This document shows, piece by piece, positions 29,068 to 39,101 of a DNA stretch of 64,000 bases. The notes below the pieces were generated by a model, which ran no database searches, was not told the DNA's origin, and saw only the letters and a list, made by a program, of their open reading frames with translations. Position 1 is the first letter of the stretch; each line of letters opens with the position of its first letter. This stretch comes from Flavobacteriales bacterium. GTDB taxonomy: Bacteria; Bacteroidota; Bacteroidia; Flavobacteriales; BACL11. Both the position numbers and the translations under genes were made by a program. The stretch is from the NCBI GenBank assembly GCA_014381465.1, contig JACNLP010000042.1, positions 64,220 through 128,219 on the forward strand. The letters are read 5' to 3'.

Positions 29068-29645
29068 AAAAAATAGGATTAACAGGAGGGATTGGTGTTG
29101 GAAAAACTTTTGTGAGTAATGTTTTTTCTAAATTGGGTATTCCTGTTTTTTTAGCAGATATTCAGGCAAAAAAGTGTATGTCAGAATCTGATGATTTGAA
29201 AAAAGCAATTGCTATAAATTTCGGAAATAATATTTATAAAGAAGGAATTTTACAAAAGGATATATTAGCCAATATTGTATTTAATGATGCAGAAAAATTA
29301 ACACAGTTAAATAAATTGGTTCATCCAATTGTACAAAATAAATTTGAAATATGGCAAAAAGAGCAAACTGCTCCTTTTGTTTTGAAGGAAGCGGCTATAT
29401 TATTTGAAAGTAATGCTCATATTGGTTTAGATGGGGTAATTTGCGTTACTGCTCCTTTGGAAACGAGAATAAAAAGGGTGATACAAAGGGATAATTGCAC
29501 AAAAGAGTCAGTGTTAAAGCGCATTGAAAATCAGATGCCACAATTTGAAAAAGAACAGCTTTCCGATTTTGTAATTGTAAATGATGAAGACAAAAAACTA
29601 TTGCCTCAAATACTAGCTATTTGTAAAAAGATTAACGCTCTTTAA
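29064..29645 (+). CDS. coaE: Dephospho-CoA kinase
   Basis: IGLTGGIGVGKT, LNKLVHP, EAAILFES. Confidence 0.93.
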   Translation: MKKIGLTGGIGVGKTFVSNVFSKLGIPVFLADIQAKKCMSESDDLKKAIAINFGNNIYKEGILQKDILANIVFNDAEKLTQLNKLVHPIVQNKFEIWQKEQTAPFVLKEAAILFESNAHIGLDGVICVTAPLETRIKRVIQRDNCTKESVLKRIENQMPQFEKEQLSDFVIVNDEDKKLLPQILAICKKINAL

Positions 29646-29761
29646 GCAATTAAATACCGAATTAGGAAAAACACAATCATCAAATCGAGAAAAAGTAGAA
29701 TCCCAAAAACTGTTGGATTCATATCGTATAACTCTTTTAGTTTTTCCCAAATATTCTTCAT
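29642..29761 (-). CDS. 39-aa single-TM small protein (absent from ORF track)
   Basis: MKNIWEKLKELYDMNPTVFGILLFLDLMIVFFLIRYLIA*; ATG lies 1 nt after the upstream gene's stop. Confidence 0.55.
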   Translation of the reverse strand: MKNIWEKLKELYDMNPTVFGILLFLDLMIVFFLIRYLIA

Positions 29762-29762
29762 C

Positions 29763-29951
29763 TTACTCTTTTAGCTTGCATAAATGATAAGCCAAGATTG
29801 CAGGGAGGATTGTTCCCAAAATACTTGCCCATTGCGGAACAGAGCAGTTATTTATTGTGAGTTCCCACCCAAGAACATAACGCAATAAATGCAAAACAGC
29901 TACCATTGTAAAGATAAGGCAAGCTAGGTTTAATGTTGTTTTTTTGTTCAT
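29763..29951 (-). CDS. 62-aa two-TM small membrane protein
   Basis: Two hydrophobic helices, LHLLR...W motif, 1-nt gaps to both neighbours. Confidence 0.65.
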   Translation of the reverse strand: MNKKTTLNLACLIFTMVAVLHLLRYVLGWELTINNCSVPQWASILGTILPAILAYHLCKLKE

Positions 29952-29952
29952 A

Positions 29953-30537
29953 TTAGTAGGTGTATTTAGGTTGCCAATTATTGATGCCTTTTGGAAGGAT
30001 ACTTACAAAATCCCACATGTTGCAATAGTTATCTCCTGGTCCGAAATAGGAGCGGTGGTGTACATAAATTTCATCCCCTTTTTTACTGAATGTAGCAACT
30101 CCTGGAAGCGGATTTTCTTCTTCTCCAACAAATCCTAAATCCTCACCAAAAGAGTTGTTTTTTCTGCTAAACATATCAAAGTTCCAACTTCTATCTTTTC
30201 TAATTTTTTGCTGCTGCTGTGGGGTTTCATTAGATACCACTACAAATGCAGCTCTGTCGGAAAGTGGTTTTGCAATGCCATTGTAATTATCGCCCCAAAG
30301 GGTGCAATATTTGCAATGTATTCCCATGTAGAATACAATAATAAGTTCTTCTTTTTCTCTAAACATATCAGATAATAAAATATCATTTCCACTCTTATCT
30401 TGAAAAGTATAGTCAGTAATTATTGTGCCTTTTTCGACTGCTATAAGTTTTGCTAGCTCCTCTTTTTTAGCAGAAATTTCGTCTTCTACTTTTCTTATTT
30501 TAGGATTTGTCTCTGGATGTGATATGATTAAAGGCAT
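29953..30537 (-). CDS. DUF899-family thioredoxin-fold protein
   Basis: DYTF...LSDMF, CKYC, FGPGDNYC, WQPKYTY. Confidence 0.75.
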   Translation of the reverse strand: MPLIISHPETNPKIRKVEDEISAKKEELAKLIAVEKGTIITDYTFQDKSGNDILLSDMFREKEELIIVFYMGIHCKYCTLWGDNYNGIAKPLSDRAAFVVVSNETPQQQQKIRKDRSWNFDMFSRKNNSFGEDLGFVGEEENPLPGVATFSKKGDEIYVHHRSYFGPGDNYCNMWDFVSILPKGINNWQPKYTY

Positions 30538-30586
30538 GATATTTTTGGTATAAAACTACAAAAATATTTTTAAACAAAAAAGAGGT

Positions 30587-31168
30587 TTACATTCTCATCT
30601 TTTGTATTGCAATAGCCCATCTTTTTAATAGAGGTCCTCTTCTTCCTTTTTTACTGCCTTTTCTAAAACTATCAAACCACATTTTGGTGTAAATACTTGC
30701 AAATAAAGCACAATTCACATGATTAAACTTTTTACCTACTTTGCGTAATTTTACGGTTTTACTCCCATTTTCTTTCATCTTTTTATGGGCAACCAAAGCA
30801 TTTTCGTACAATACAATTATATCGGCATTACAATAGCAAAGTTGGGTAGGAGATTCTGGTTTCCAGTCCAATAAATCATTTTCTTTTAAGGCATTATTAA
30901 ATTTAAAATCTGGATTGTTTTTGTATTCTTCCAATAAATCAGGATGTACAACATTGGCAGGAATCTCTGGTAAAAATGTATTAATCTCATACATTTTAAT
31001 TCCATTATTAATAGGCACAATCCATTGGGAGATTTTATTCTCCTTCCACATTCCTTCCAATTCATTTTCGGTATAATGATGGATAAGGTTATGAGAAATT
31101 AGGTTTTGTGCATTTGATTGAATGGATAAGCAAAGACCTACAATCAGGAGGGAAAGGCGTAAAAACAT
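30587..31168 (-). pseudogene. Secreted lipase-like alpha/beta hydrolase with apparent in-frame internal deletion
   Basis: Signal peptide and C-terminal part (DWKPESPTQLCYCNADIIVLYENA...H) are present, but no HGT or GxSxGG nucleophile region; only 193 aa. Confidence 0.55.
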
Positions 31169-31237
31169 AAAAATAGTTGGCTAATTTTTTAAAAAGCCAA
31201 ATGTAATAAAAAACACTATGCACGCATAGTAAAAAGT

Positions 31238-32650
31238 TTATTTTAATTCCAAAACTACAATATTTTCTACATGATGTGTCTGTGGGAACATATCCACTGG
31301 TTGAATATGGCTTACTTTAAAAAGTTCATCCATCAAAGCTAAATCACGAGCTTGGGTAGCTGAATTACAACTGACATATACAATTCGTTTAGCTCCAATT
31401 TTCAGGATTTTTTCCACTACTTTTTTATGCATTCCATCTCTTGGAGGGTCGGTAATAATTACATCAGGAGTTCCATTTTTTGCAATAAACTCATCTGTAA
31501 AAATCTCTTTCATATCTCCAGTGTAGAAAGTGCAGTTTTCAATATTGTTGCGTTCTGCATTTTCGTAAGCAGCTTTTATTCCTTCTTCCACAGAGTCAAT
31601 TCCTACTACCTTTTTTGCGGATGTAGCAACATATTGTGCAATGGTTCCAGTTCCTGTATAAAGGTCGTACACCAAATCATTTTCTGTAATTTGGGCCAAT
31701 TCTTTTGTTTTGCGGTACAATACTTTTGCTTGTTCACTATTGGTTTGGAAAAAGGATTTTGCTCCAATTTTAAAATAGAGTCCATCCATTTCTTCCATAA
31801 TATGATCTTTTCCGTTATAGCAAACTACCTCTTGGTCGTACATGGTATTGTTTGCTTTTTGGTTGATGATGTACAATAAAGAAGTAATTTCTGGGAAAGA
31901 AGTTTTAATGTGTTCCATCAGCAAATTGATGTTCTTTTCATCTTTTTCGTAAAACTGAACCAAGACCATTAAATCATTTGTGGAAGAAGTTCGAATCATT
32001 AGGTTTCTTAATAATCCTTCCTGATTTCTGATGTCAAAATAAGTTAGTCCGTTTTCATCAGCAAATTGTTTTACCGATAAACGAATAGCGTTTGAGGGTT
32101 CTTTTTGTAGATGACAATTGTTTAGGTTGATGACTTTATCAAACATACCCGGAACATGAAATCCTAAAGCATCTTTATCTGCAATATCTGCTTCCGACTG
32201 TACTTCTTCTGTGGTTAGCCATCTTTTGTTGGAGAAGGTGAATTCCATTTTATTTCGGTAAAAATATTCATTATTACTTCCTAAAATTTCTTCATGTTTT
32301 GGTAGTTCAATCCCTCCAATTCTTTTCAGATTGTTGAGTACTTGCGTTTGTTTAAAATCTAATTGGGATTCGTACTTCATGTTTTGCCATTTGCAACCAC
32401 CACAAGTTCCAAAATGTTCGCATTTAGGCTCTGTTCTCCTATCAGAATAAGTATGGATTTTCTCAATACGGGCTTCCCAAAATTTCTTTCGTCTTTTAAA
32501 AACTACAATATCACAAATATCTCCGGGTACACCTCCTTGTACAAATATGGCTCTACCATCATGTTTGGCTACTGATTTTCCTTTGCTGGCCGTGTCAATT
32601 ATCTCAATGTTTTCAATTAAAATTGGTTTTCTTCTTTTTTGTCTTGCCAT
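31238..32650 (-). CDS. rlmD: 23S rRNA m5U1939 methyltransferase
   Basis: TRAM domain, CEHFGTCGGC, SFFQTN, DPPRDG, YVSCN, DMFPQTHHVE. Confidence 0.95.
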   Translation of the reverse strand: MARQKRRKPILIENIEIIDTASKGKSVAKHDGRAIFVQGGVPGDICDIVVFKRRKKFWEARIEKIHTYSDRRTEPKCEHFGTCGGCKWQNMKYESQLDFKQTQVLNNLKRIGGIELPKHEEILGSNNEYFYRNKMEFTFSNKRWLTTEEVQSEADIADKDALGFHVPGMFDKVINLNNCHLQKEPSNAIRLSVKQFADENGLTYFDIRNQEGLLRNLMIRTSSTNDLMVLVQFYEKDEKNINLLMEHIKTSFPEITSLLYIINQKANNTMYDQEVVCYNGKDHIMEEMDGLYFKIGAKSFFQTNSEQAKVLYRKTKELAQITENDLVYDLYTGTGTIAQYVATSAKKVVGIDSVEEGIKAAYENAERNNIENCTFYTGDMKEIFTDEFIAKNGTPDVIITDPPRDGMHKKVVEKILKIGAKRIVYVSCNSATQARDLALMDELFKVSHIQPVDMFPQTHHVENIVVLELK

Positions 32651-32652
32651 AA

Positions 32653-35100
32653 CTAAAAACTAAAAATCAACTTGGCATTTATTTGCCTTGCTGTTAGGTA
32701 ATTTGGTACGGCATATTGTCTACCACTAATATCAGAAACCCAAAGGTAAGAAACAGTATTATTTATTTGCAAAAGGTTGAACACTTCCAAACTCAGCCAT
32801 ATAGAATTAAAATGTTTAAAGAATCCTTTTTTCTTTTCCCCTTCTTTTATTATCTCTTTTGAAAAGCCAATATCCACTCTTCTGTAAGGCGGTATGCGCA
32901 AAATATCTTGGTGTTTTTCTGATTTTGGAGGCCCAAAAGTAAGCCCTGTTCCATATACCAAATTTAGGTGCATTTTATAGCTTGGGTTTCTAGGAATATA
33001 ATCCTGAAAAAACAAGGAAAAATTTACTCTTTGGTCAGTAGGGCGGGGGATAAAACCTGCTTCTTTCTTATTACCATTCGCATCTGTATAATAGTCGCCA
33101 ACAATATCTTCTTCTGTTTTCATTACCGATAAACTTGCCCATGATTCTATTCCGGGAACAAACTCACCATTTATTTTCATATCAATTCCGCCAGCATAGC
33201 CATTTGAAACCTCATTAGGTAAATACCGGATTCGTACATTATCTACTTTATAAGGAATCAAATTTTCCAATTGCTTGTAGTAAATCTCACTCACCCATTT
33301 AAAAGGTCTTCCCCAACTATAAAACAAATAGTCTGCACCCAATATATAGTGTGTCGATTTCTGTGCTTTTATATCTCTATTGATATTTCCATCAAAATCC
33401 CTTAGTTCTTTATAAAAGGCCGGTTGATAATAAATTCCTGCTGCCCCTTTAAAAACCACATCTTTTTCCCAATTTGGAATATAAGAAACAGATATCCTAG
33501 GGCTAAGGATTAGCTCCTCATTAAAACTCCAATAATTTCCTCTCATTCCACTTGTGAGCGAGAAGTTGCCAATATCCTTGGCGTACTGTATATAAGCAGA
33601 GTTTCTAAAAGAAGATAAATTGATGGTAGTTTTCAGTAAATCATTTACTGATACTATAAGTGGCGGTTGTAAATTCGGATTTTCATACCCAACAGAATCA
33701 GGCGTATGTGGAAGCGTAAAGCCAGCAGAATCAATTAAATTCCATTCGCTTATTTTGTCTTCTATTTCTTCCCTCTGCATTCTAAACCCCCATTGTATAT
33801 TTGCTTCTTTTTTATTGAAAATTCCACTATGTTGGAAATTTATTACTGTGGCATTCAAACTATTTCTGGCATGGTTAATATAAGTGCCAACCCCTCTGTT
33901 AAACTTTACATCTCCAAAATTCTCAGAGCCCAAACTATTATCCAATTGAAAGAGCCAATACTGCCCCATAATATCAAAGTTCTCCTGTTCAAATGTGCGG
34001 AAAGCAGAAGTCGTAAATTTTAATTGTAATTTCTCATTAGGATGGAAAGAAGTATTTAATGCCCCAAAATAAGTTTTGTAAGTATCTATTTCTTGTCCAT
34101 CAAAAAAGATGGTAAGTTTAAGCGCTTCATTTAGCGTACCAAACTCTGTATCTCTGTTCTCAGGAATCATTTGGTAAGTATTATTAGAAATATTTCCTAA
34201 GAAACTTACCGACCAATTGCTGCTAATATCAAACTTTAAAAAACTTTGCACATCTGTAAAAACTGGTTTGTAGTCGGCTTCTGTATCCAAACTTCCTAAA
34301 ATATATTGTGTGGTTTTTCTCCTTATCCCTGTAAGAAAGGAGAAACGATTATTTTTGCTTGTGCCTTCAAAATGAGCTGAGCCACCGAGCAATGATAAGT
34401 TTGCAGAGGCACCAAATCGTTTTGGATTTTTGTATTTTATATCCAATACAGAGGACATTTTATCTCCATATTTTGCATCAAATCCTCCTGCCGAAAATAG
34501 TATGCTTCCCACCAAATCAGGATTAATAAAACTGAGTCCTTCTTGCTGTCCGGAACGAACTAAAAAAGGGCGATACACCTCTATACCATTTACATACACT
34601 AAATTTTCATCAAAATTTCCTCCTCTTACAGAGTATTGTGAGCTCAACTCATTGGCAGAACTAACCCCTGGAAGTGTTTTTAAAAGAGCTTCCACACCAC
34701 CAGCTGAGCTTGGAATAATTGCGGCATGTTTTGGTTTTATTCTTGTTAGGGTTTTCTTTCTGCTTTGCTTGTCCTGAATTATTATCTCATCTTTTATAAA
34801 ACTTTGCTTTATCATTTGTTGGTTCAGCACATAATCTTGCCCCATTTTAAGCATAGGAATTCTAATCTTAATCGGCTCATAACCAATAAAAGTAAAACTA
34901 ATTATAAAGGATCGGTTTGCTTTTAAGTTGAGTTGATATTCTCCTTTTTCATTAGTGCTACTTCCCATTTGTTTCCCAATTACAGAAACATTTACTGCCT
35001 CAATTGGGTTGTTATTTTTATCGGTTACTATTCCTTTCAATGTTTGGGCAAACATTAATTTTGGAAGAAAGAAAATAAGTATGAAAATTCGTTTTAGCAT
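32653..35100 (-). CDS. TonB-dependent receptor with carboxypeptidase-regulatory-like N-domain
   Basis: LPGVSS..ELSSQYSVRGGNFDENLVYVNG plug, C-terminal Phe. ATG 35100 gives a signal peptide. Confidence 0.88.
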   Translation of the reverse strand: MLKRIFILIFFLPKLMFAQTLKGIVTDKNNNPIEAVNVSVIGKQMGSSTNEKGEYQLNLKANRSFIISFTFIGYEPIKIRIPMLKMGQDYVLNQQMIKQSFIKDEIIIQDKQSRKKTLTRIKPKHAAIIPSSAGGVEALLKTLPGVSSANELSSQYSVRGGNFDENLVYVNGIEVYRPFLVRSGQQEGLSFINPDLVGSILFSAGGFDAKYGDKMSSVLDIKYKNPKRFGASANLSLLGGSAHFEGTSKNNRFSFLTGIRRKTTQYILGSLDTEADYKPVFTDVQSFLKFDISSNWSVSFLGNISNNTYQMIPENRDTEFGTLNEALKLTIFFDGQEIDTYKTYFGALNTSFHPNEKLQLKFTTSAFRTFEQENFDIMGQYWLFQLDNSLGSENFGDVKFNRGVGTYINHARNSLNATVINFQHSGIFNKKEANIQWGFRMQREEIEDKISEWNLIDSAGFTLPHTPDSVGYENPNLQPPLIVSVNDLLKTTINLSSFRNSAYIQYAKDIGNFSLTSGMRGNYWSFNEELILSPRISVSYIPNWEKDVVFKGAAGIYYQPAFYKELRDFDGNINRDIKAQKSTHYILGADYLFYSWGRPFKWVSEIYYKQLENLIPYKVDNVRIRYLPNEVSNGYAGGIDMKINGEFVPGIESWASLSVMKTEEDIVGDYYTDANGNKKEAGFIPRPTDQRVNFSLFFQDYIPRNPSYKMHLNLVYGTGLTFGPPKSEKHQDILRIPPYRRVDIGFSKEIIKEGEKKKGFFKHFNSIWLSLEVFNLLQINNTVSYLWVSDISGRQYAVPNYLTARQINAKLIFSF

Positions 35101-35113
35101 TTGGTTGGCAAAT

Positions 35114-35734
35114 TTAATCTTTTCGTTTGAAGTCGCCATCTCTCCATGCTTGAATAAATTTAGCCCAAGCAAAAGGGTTTAATATAGGAATTAAGGTAGG
35201 GTTTCCCATCATGATGTACTGTTGCTGTTCCATATCATTCATAAAATACTTGAAATTTTCTTTTCCATCATTTGGCATTTGAGCAATCATAATATCTACA
35301 AAGGCATTATCTATATTCTTTTTTGCTCTTTCAATCGCATCATCTGGAATGTCAGCTGTAAGAAACGCTTGCTTAAATTGATCTCTACTTGGCCAAGGAT
35401 ATACCTTTGTTTCTTTTAGCATTATAGTATCTGGTTCTAATTTTTGTACTACTGTTATAAAATTTTCATTTGTCAGTTTTGGAACAATATATGTTGCCTT
35501 TTTATAGCCCAAACAAGAAAAAACAATGGTATCTCCTTTATTGGCAACAAGAGAAAAATAACCATAAAAATCACTTATTGTTCCTTTTTGATAATTTTTA
35601 ATAAGGACATTAGCAAAAGGGATTGTAAGCAAGCTATCGGTAGATACAAGTATGCCCGTAAGTTGTATACTTTTATCTTGCGAAAAGGCAGAAAAGCAAA
35701 TTGGAAAAAGGAAAATTAGTAGTAAATTCTTCAT
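35114..35734 (-). CDS. Carboxypeptidase-like regulatory domain protein
   Basis: Signal peptide, IPFANV...GTISDFYGYFS...GDTIVFSCLGYK. Confidence 0.8.
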   Translation of the reverse strand: MKNLLLIFLFPICFSAFSQDKSIQLTGILVSTDSLLTIPFANVLIKNYQKGTISDFYGYFSLVANKGDTIVFSCLGYKKATYIVPKLTNENFITVVQKLEPDTIMLKETKVYPWPSRDQFKQAFLTADIPDDAIERAKKNIDNAFVDIMIAQMPNDGKENFKYFMNDMEQQQYIMMGNPTLIPILNPFAWAKFIQAWRDGDFKRKD

Positions 35735-35836
35735 AATAAAAAGCAACCAAAAATAAATTAATTTCGATTGCTATTCCTAAAACACAGAAACTTCTTTTAT
35801 ATTGTTTTTATTTACCTTATTTTTGCAATCAAATTT

Positions 35837-36217
35837 ATGAAGAAAGAATATTTTATATCAGCATTTCTTATTCCAATTTTCTATGTAATAGTCGGTATTA
35901 TTTTTATATTCTTTCCTGAGTTGCCTCAAACAGATATTTCACCAAATAATTTAGATAATAAGCTGGCTTTACTTTTCACACAGGAAGTAGGGGCTTTGTT
36001 TGTTATTATTGCTCTTTTAGTTTGGCAAATTCATAATAAATCAAAAGAATTGTACTCAGCACTCAATGGTACTATGATAGTAGTAATGATACTATTATCA
36101 CTTATTGAGCCCTATTTTTATTCTTACACAAAAGCCCCAGAACTTTTAGTAATCTTATTAATAAACTTGTTTTTTATATTTCTTTTATTATATGAAAGGC
36201 GCCCTAGAAAATTATGA
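35837..36217 (+). CDS. Hypothetical four-TM membrane protein
   Basis: Hydrophobic helices; TATTTTTG promoter element at 35818 favours ATG 35837; overlaps the next gene. Confidence 0.6.
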   Translation: MKKEYFISAFLIPIFYVIVGIIFIFFPELPQTDISPNNLDNKLALLFTQEVGALFVIIALLVWQIHNKSKELYSALNGTMIVVMILLSLIEPYFYSYTKAPELLVILLINLFFIFLLLYERRPRKL

Positions 36218-37002
36218 AAAAAATATTAGTAGTTTGTACAGGTAATTCTTGCCGTTCGCAAATGATGGAGGCATGGATTAGAAAATTTGCTGGTGATAAG
36301 GTGCAAGTATTTAGTGCTGGTACAAAGCCAGAAAATGTAAATACAAAAGCCATACATGTAATGAAACTATCTGGCATTGAGATTTCGCATCATAAATCTA
36401 ATTTGGTAGATGAAGTTATTAATATGGATTTAGATTTTGTTATTACCGTATGTGATCAGGCAAACGAGAATTGTCCTTATTTCCCTACAGTTGCAAAGAA
36501 AATTCATAAAAGTTTCCCTGATCCAGCAAAAGCAAAAGGTACGGAAACCGAGATTTTGACAGTTTACAGAGATGTTCGGGATTCTCTTAAAGAATTCGCT
36601 ATGGATTTTGTAGAGAAAGAATTAGGAATTCTTGTAAGGAAAGAGATTTTGTCTTGGTTTGAAATTCCTGTTTTGGATTTTAATAGAGCAATGCAGTTTT
36701 ATCAAAATGTAATGGAAATAAAAATTCAAGAATTAGAATTTGCAGGCATACAGCATGGATTTTTTGAACATTCTTATGGAGGAGTAAATGGTGCGATAGT
36801 CAAAGGAGAAGGAGAGCCGTCCAACAAAGGTACTCTTCTTTATTTTAATGGTGGAGAGGATTTGAATAAGTACCTGAAAAATGTAGAAAAGCAAGGAGGG
36901 GAGATATTGAAAGAAAAAACGCTTATTTCTGATGATATCGGTTATTTTGCTTTGTTTTTAGATACGGAAGGAAATCGTTTGGGGATTTGGTCAAAAAACT
37001 AA
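36214..37002 (+). CDS. arsC: Arsenate reductase (LMW-PTP fold) fused to a VOC/glyoxalase domain
   Basis: CTGNSCRSQM, TVCDQANENCP, FPDP; then WFEIPV.DF.RA..FY...FLDTEGNRLG. Confidence 0.85.
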   Translation: MKKILVVCTGNSCRSQMMEAWIRKFAGDKVQVFSAGTKPENVNTKAIHVMKLSGIEISHHKSNLVDEVINMDLDFVITVCDQANENCPYFPTVAKKIHKSFPDPAKAKGTETEILTVYRDVRDSLKEFAMDFVEKELGILVRKEILSWFEIPVLDFNRAMQFYQNVMEIKIQELEFAGIQHGFFEHSYGGVNGAIVKGEGEPSNKGTLLYFNGGEDLNKYLKNVEKQGGEILKEKTLISDDIGYFALFLDTEGNRLGIWSKN

Positions 37003-38696
37003 CGAATAAATTCTGCATTATAAACTGTGGTATTGTTTAGTTTATCTATTACCTCTAATTTGAAAATATGTTTTCCTTTTTCTAATTTCTTCTGTATTTT
37101 ATAAGTCAATAATTTTCTTTTATAGTCGTATTCCATCAAAATCCATTTTCCATCAATTTCAGCTCTATAAGTTTTAATGCCACTTTCTTTATCTTCTATG
37201 GTGCATTTGATAGTTTTTTGAGTATTCAGCTTTTTTCCAGGATAAATATTTACGCCTTTAATAGTAGGATTAATAGTGTCTGCAACAATACAAAAATCTC
37301 CAAATTCTCGAACTTTTGCCGATAACATTCCATTTCGCCAAAACCCTCCCATATACCAGAAACGATTATTATCATCAACTTTGGCAATATAAGCTTTGTC
37401 TTTTAGTTTTTCTGGAACTTTTCCCCTTATCGAAATTACAAACTTTTTATGAATGGGCACAAAATCATGGTGAGCATGATGCACTTTTCCAAAAACCCCT
37501 TTTATAGAATCTTTCTCAAAGTATTCAAAGTTGAAATCTTTATATAAAGAATAACTTTCCATGTGGAGTTGAAAATCGTTTTCTTTAAATATATTGGGTT
37601 TCATATAGCTAAAGTATTGAGAAAAAGGAGCAAAAAGAATTGCTTTCTCATTTTCAGTCTTAGTAGTTATGCTATTTACTTCAAAAGATAAATTTGATGT
37701 ATTGTTGTAAATATCCTTTACCTGAAATTGCACTAAATGAGTAGTATCATCTTTAAATTCAAACACTCCTTTTTTTATCATTTCTTTATACACAGAAAGG
37801 CGATTGTTTGGTAATTTATAACATCTATGAAATTTTGTTCTGCTTATTTTCTTCTCTTTATAATCGATATGAGCATTTAGATATCTACTTTCTGCAAAAT
37901 CGAATTCATCCATTTGGAAATGATAAATCAAATTGCTATCTACAAAAAGCTTAATAGAATAAACTCCGTTTTTATTGTACGCCCCATTTAGCTTGTCAAA
38001 GGTAGAAATGCTAAAAGCAACTTTACCTTTTACCGTAGGCGTTGTTCCGCTTAAAGTGTATTTTCCCCCACTATTTTTAAGGTTAAAACTTTTTTCTATT
38101 TTTTGTCCATTCACTTCTCCATCAATAGGGTATATTTTAATTTTACTAATTGTTGGTTTAATATCATCAATAATATCAAAGCCAAATTGTAGCGGATTTA
38201 TTGGGTGTTCTGTTTTTGTATTACGAATTTCAAAATGAAGATGTGCCCCAGCACTTCCTCCTGTATTTCCTGAAAGGGCTATCACTTCACCTTTTTTAAT
38301 TTGAAACTTATCTTTTGGAGGGTAAAGCTGGATTTCATAACTTTCTTTTTTGTGCTGGTTTTCTATAACATAATCGTTAATAGCCTTGTTAAAATCCTTT
38401 AAATGTGCATAAACGGAAGTGTTTCCATCAGGATGCGTGATATAAAGAGCTTTACCATACCCCCAAGTAGAAACCTTTATTCTAGAGACATATCCATCAG
38501 CAATAGAATATACTTTTTGCCCCTGAACTCCTTCTGTTTTTATATCAATCCCAGAATGAAAATGATTACTTCTTAACTCCCCAAAGGTGCCAGAAAGTAG
38601 TAGTTTAAAATCAAGCGGAGGGTGGTAATCCTGTGCTAAGATGGAAGTGCATAAAACACTAAAAATGATATAAAAGAAAATGTTTTTAAAACTCAT
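36999..38696 (-). CDS. M23 family metallopeptidase
   Basis: FGELRSNHFHSGIDIK, YAHL, HLHFEIR; ATG 38696 gives a signal peptide. Confidence 0.9.
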   Translation of the reverse strand: MSFKNIFFYIIFSVLCTSILAQDYHPPLDFKLLLSGTFGELRSNHFHSGIDIKTEGVQGQKVYSIADGYVSRIKVSTWGYGKALYITHPDGNTSVYAHLKDFNKAINDYVIENQHKKESYEIQLYPPKDKFQIKKGEVIALSGNTGGSAGAHLHFEIRNTKTEHPINPLQFGFDIIDDIKPTISKIKIYPIDGEVNGQKIEKSFNLKNSGGKYTLSGTTPTVKGKVAFSISTFDKLNGAYNKNGVYSIKLFVDSNLIYHFQMDEFDFAESRYLNAHIDYKEKKISRTKFHRCYKLPNNRLSVYKEMIKKGVFEFKDDTTHLVQFQVKDIYNNTSNLSFEVNSITTKTENEKAILFAPFSQYFSYMKPNIFKENDFQLHMESYSLYKDFNFEYFEKDSIKGVFGKVHHAHHDFVPIHKKFVISIRGKVPEKLKDKAYIAKVDDNNRFWYMGGFWRNGMLSAKVREFGDFCIVADTINPTIKGVNIYPGKKLNTQKTIKCTIEDKESGIKTYRAEIDGKWILMEYDYKRKLLTYKIQKKLEKGKHIFKLEVIDKLNNTTVYNAEFIR

Positions 38697-38806
38697 TACT
38701 ACCTTAAAAATTAGGGTTTGTGTAAAAGATGACAAATATAACATCAAAAAAGCACAGAAAGTATAAAGAAAAACCTAAATTTGTAACAATAATTTTTAAC
38801 AATAAA

Positions 38807-39088
38807 ATGGAAGCAATTGTTGATAGTTTGGCAGTTAAGATAAAAAAGTTAATATCTTTGTATGGTAAAGCTAAACAAAAGGTGGGAGTAGTCGTAAATG
38901 AAAACGAAAAACTTAAAGAAGAACTTGCCAAAAAACAAGAAACTGTTGAAAAATTAGAAGAAAAGATAAAAGTAATTAAGATTTCAAAGTTGGTATCAAT
39001 AGATAAAGAAGATAATAAAAAAACGAAACAAAAAATAAATGAATATGTGCGGGAGATTGATAAATGTATTGGATTGTTAAATAAATAG
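38807..39088 (+). CDS. Coiled-coil protein upstream of zapA (ZapB-like position)
   Basis: KINEYVREIDKCIGLLN conserved tail; TAAATTTG promoter element at 38776. Confidence 0.75.
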   Translation: MEAIVDSLAVKIKKLISLYGKAKQKVGVVVNENEKLKEELAKKQETVEKLEEKIKVIKISKLVSIDKEDNKKTKQKINEYVREIDKCIGLLNK

Positions 39089-39101
39089 AAAGCAGTTTTT
39101 G

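Noticed and set aside
36640..37002. ArsI C-As lyase identity for the VOC domain
   Set aside because: It lacks the vicinal Cys-Cys substrate-binding pair of ArsI; this domain has no cysteines.
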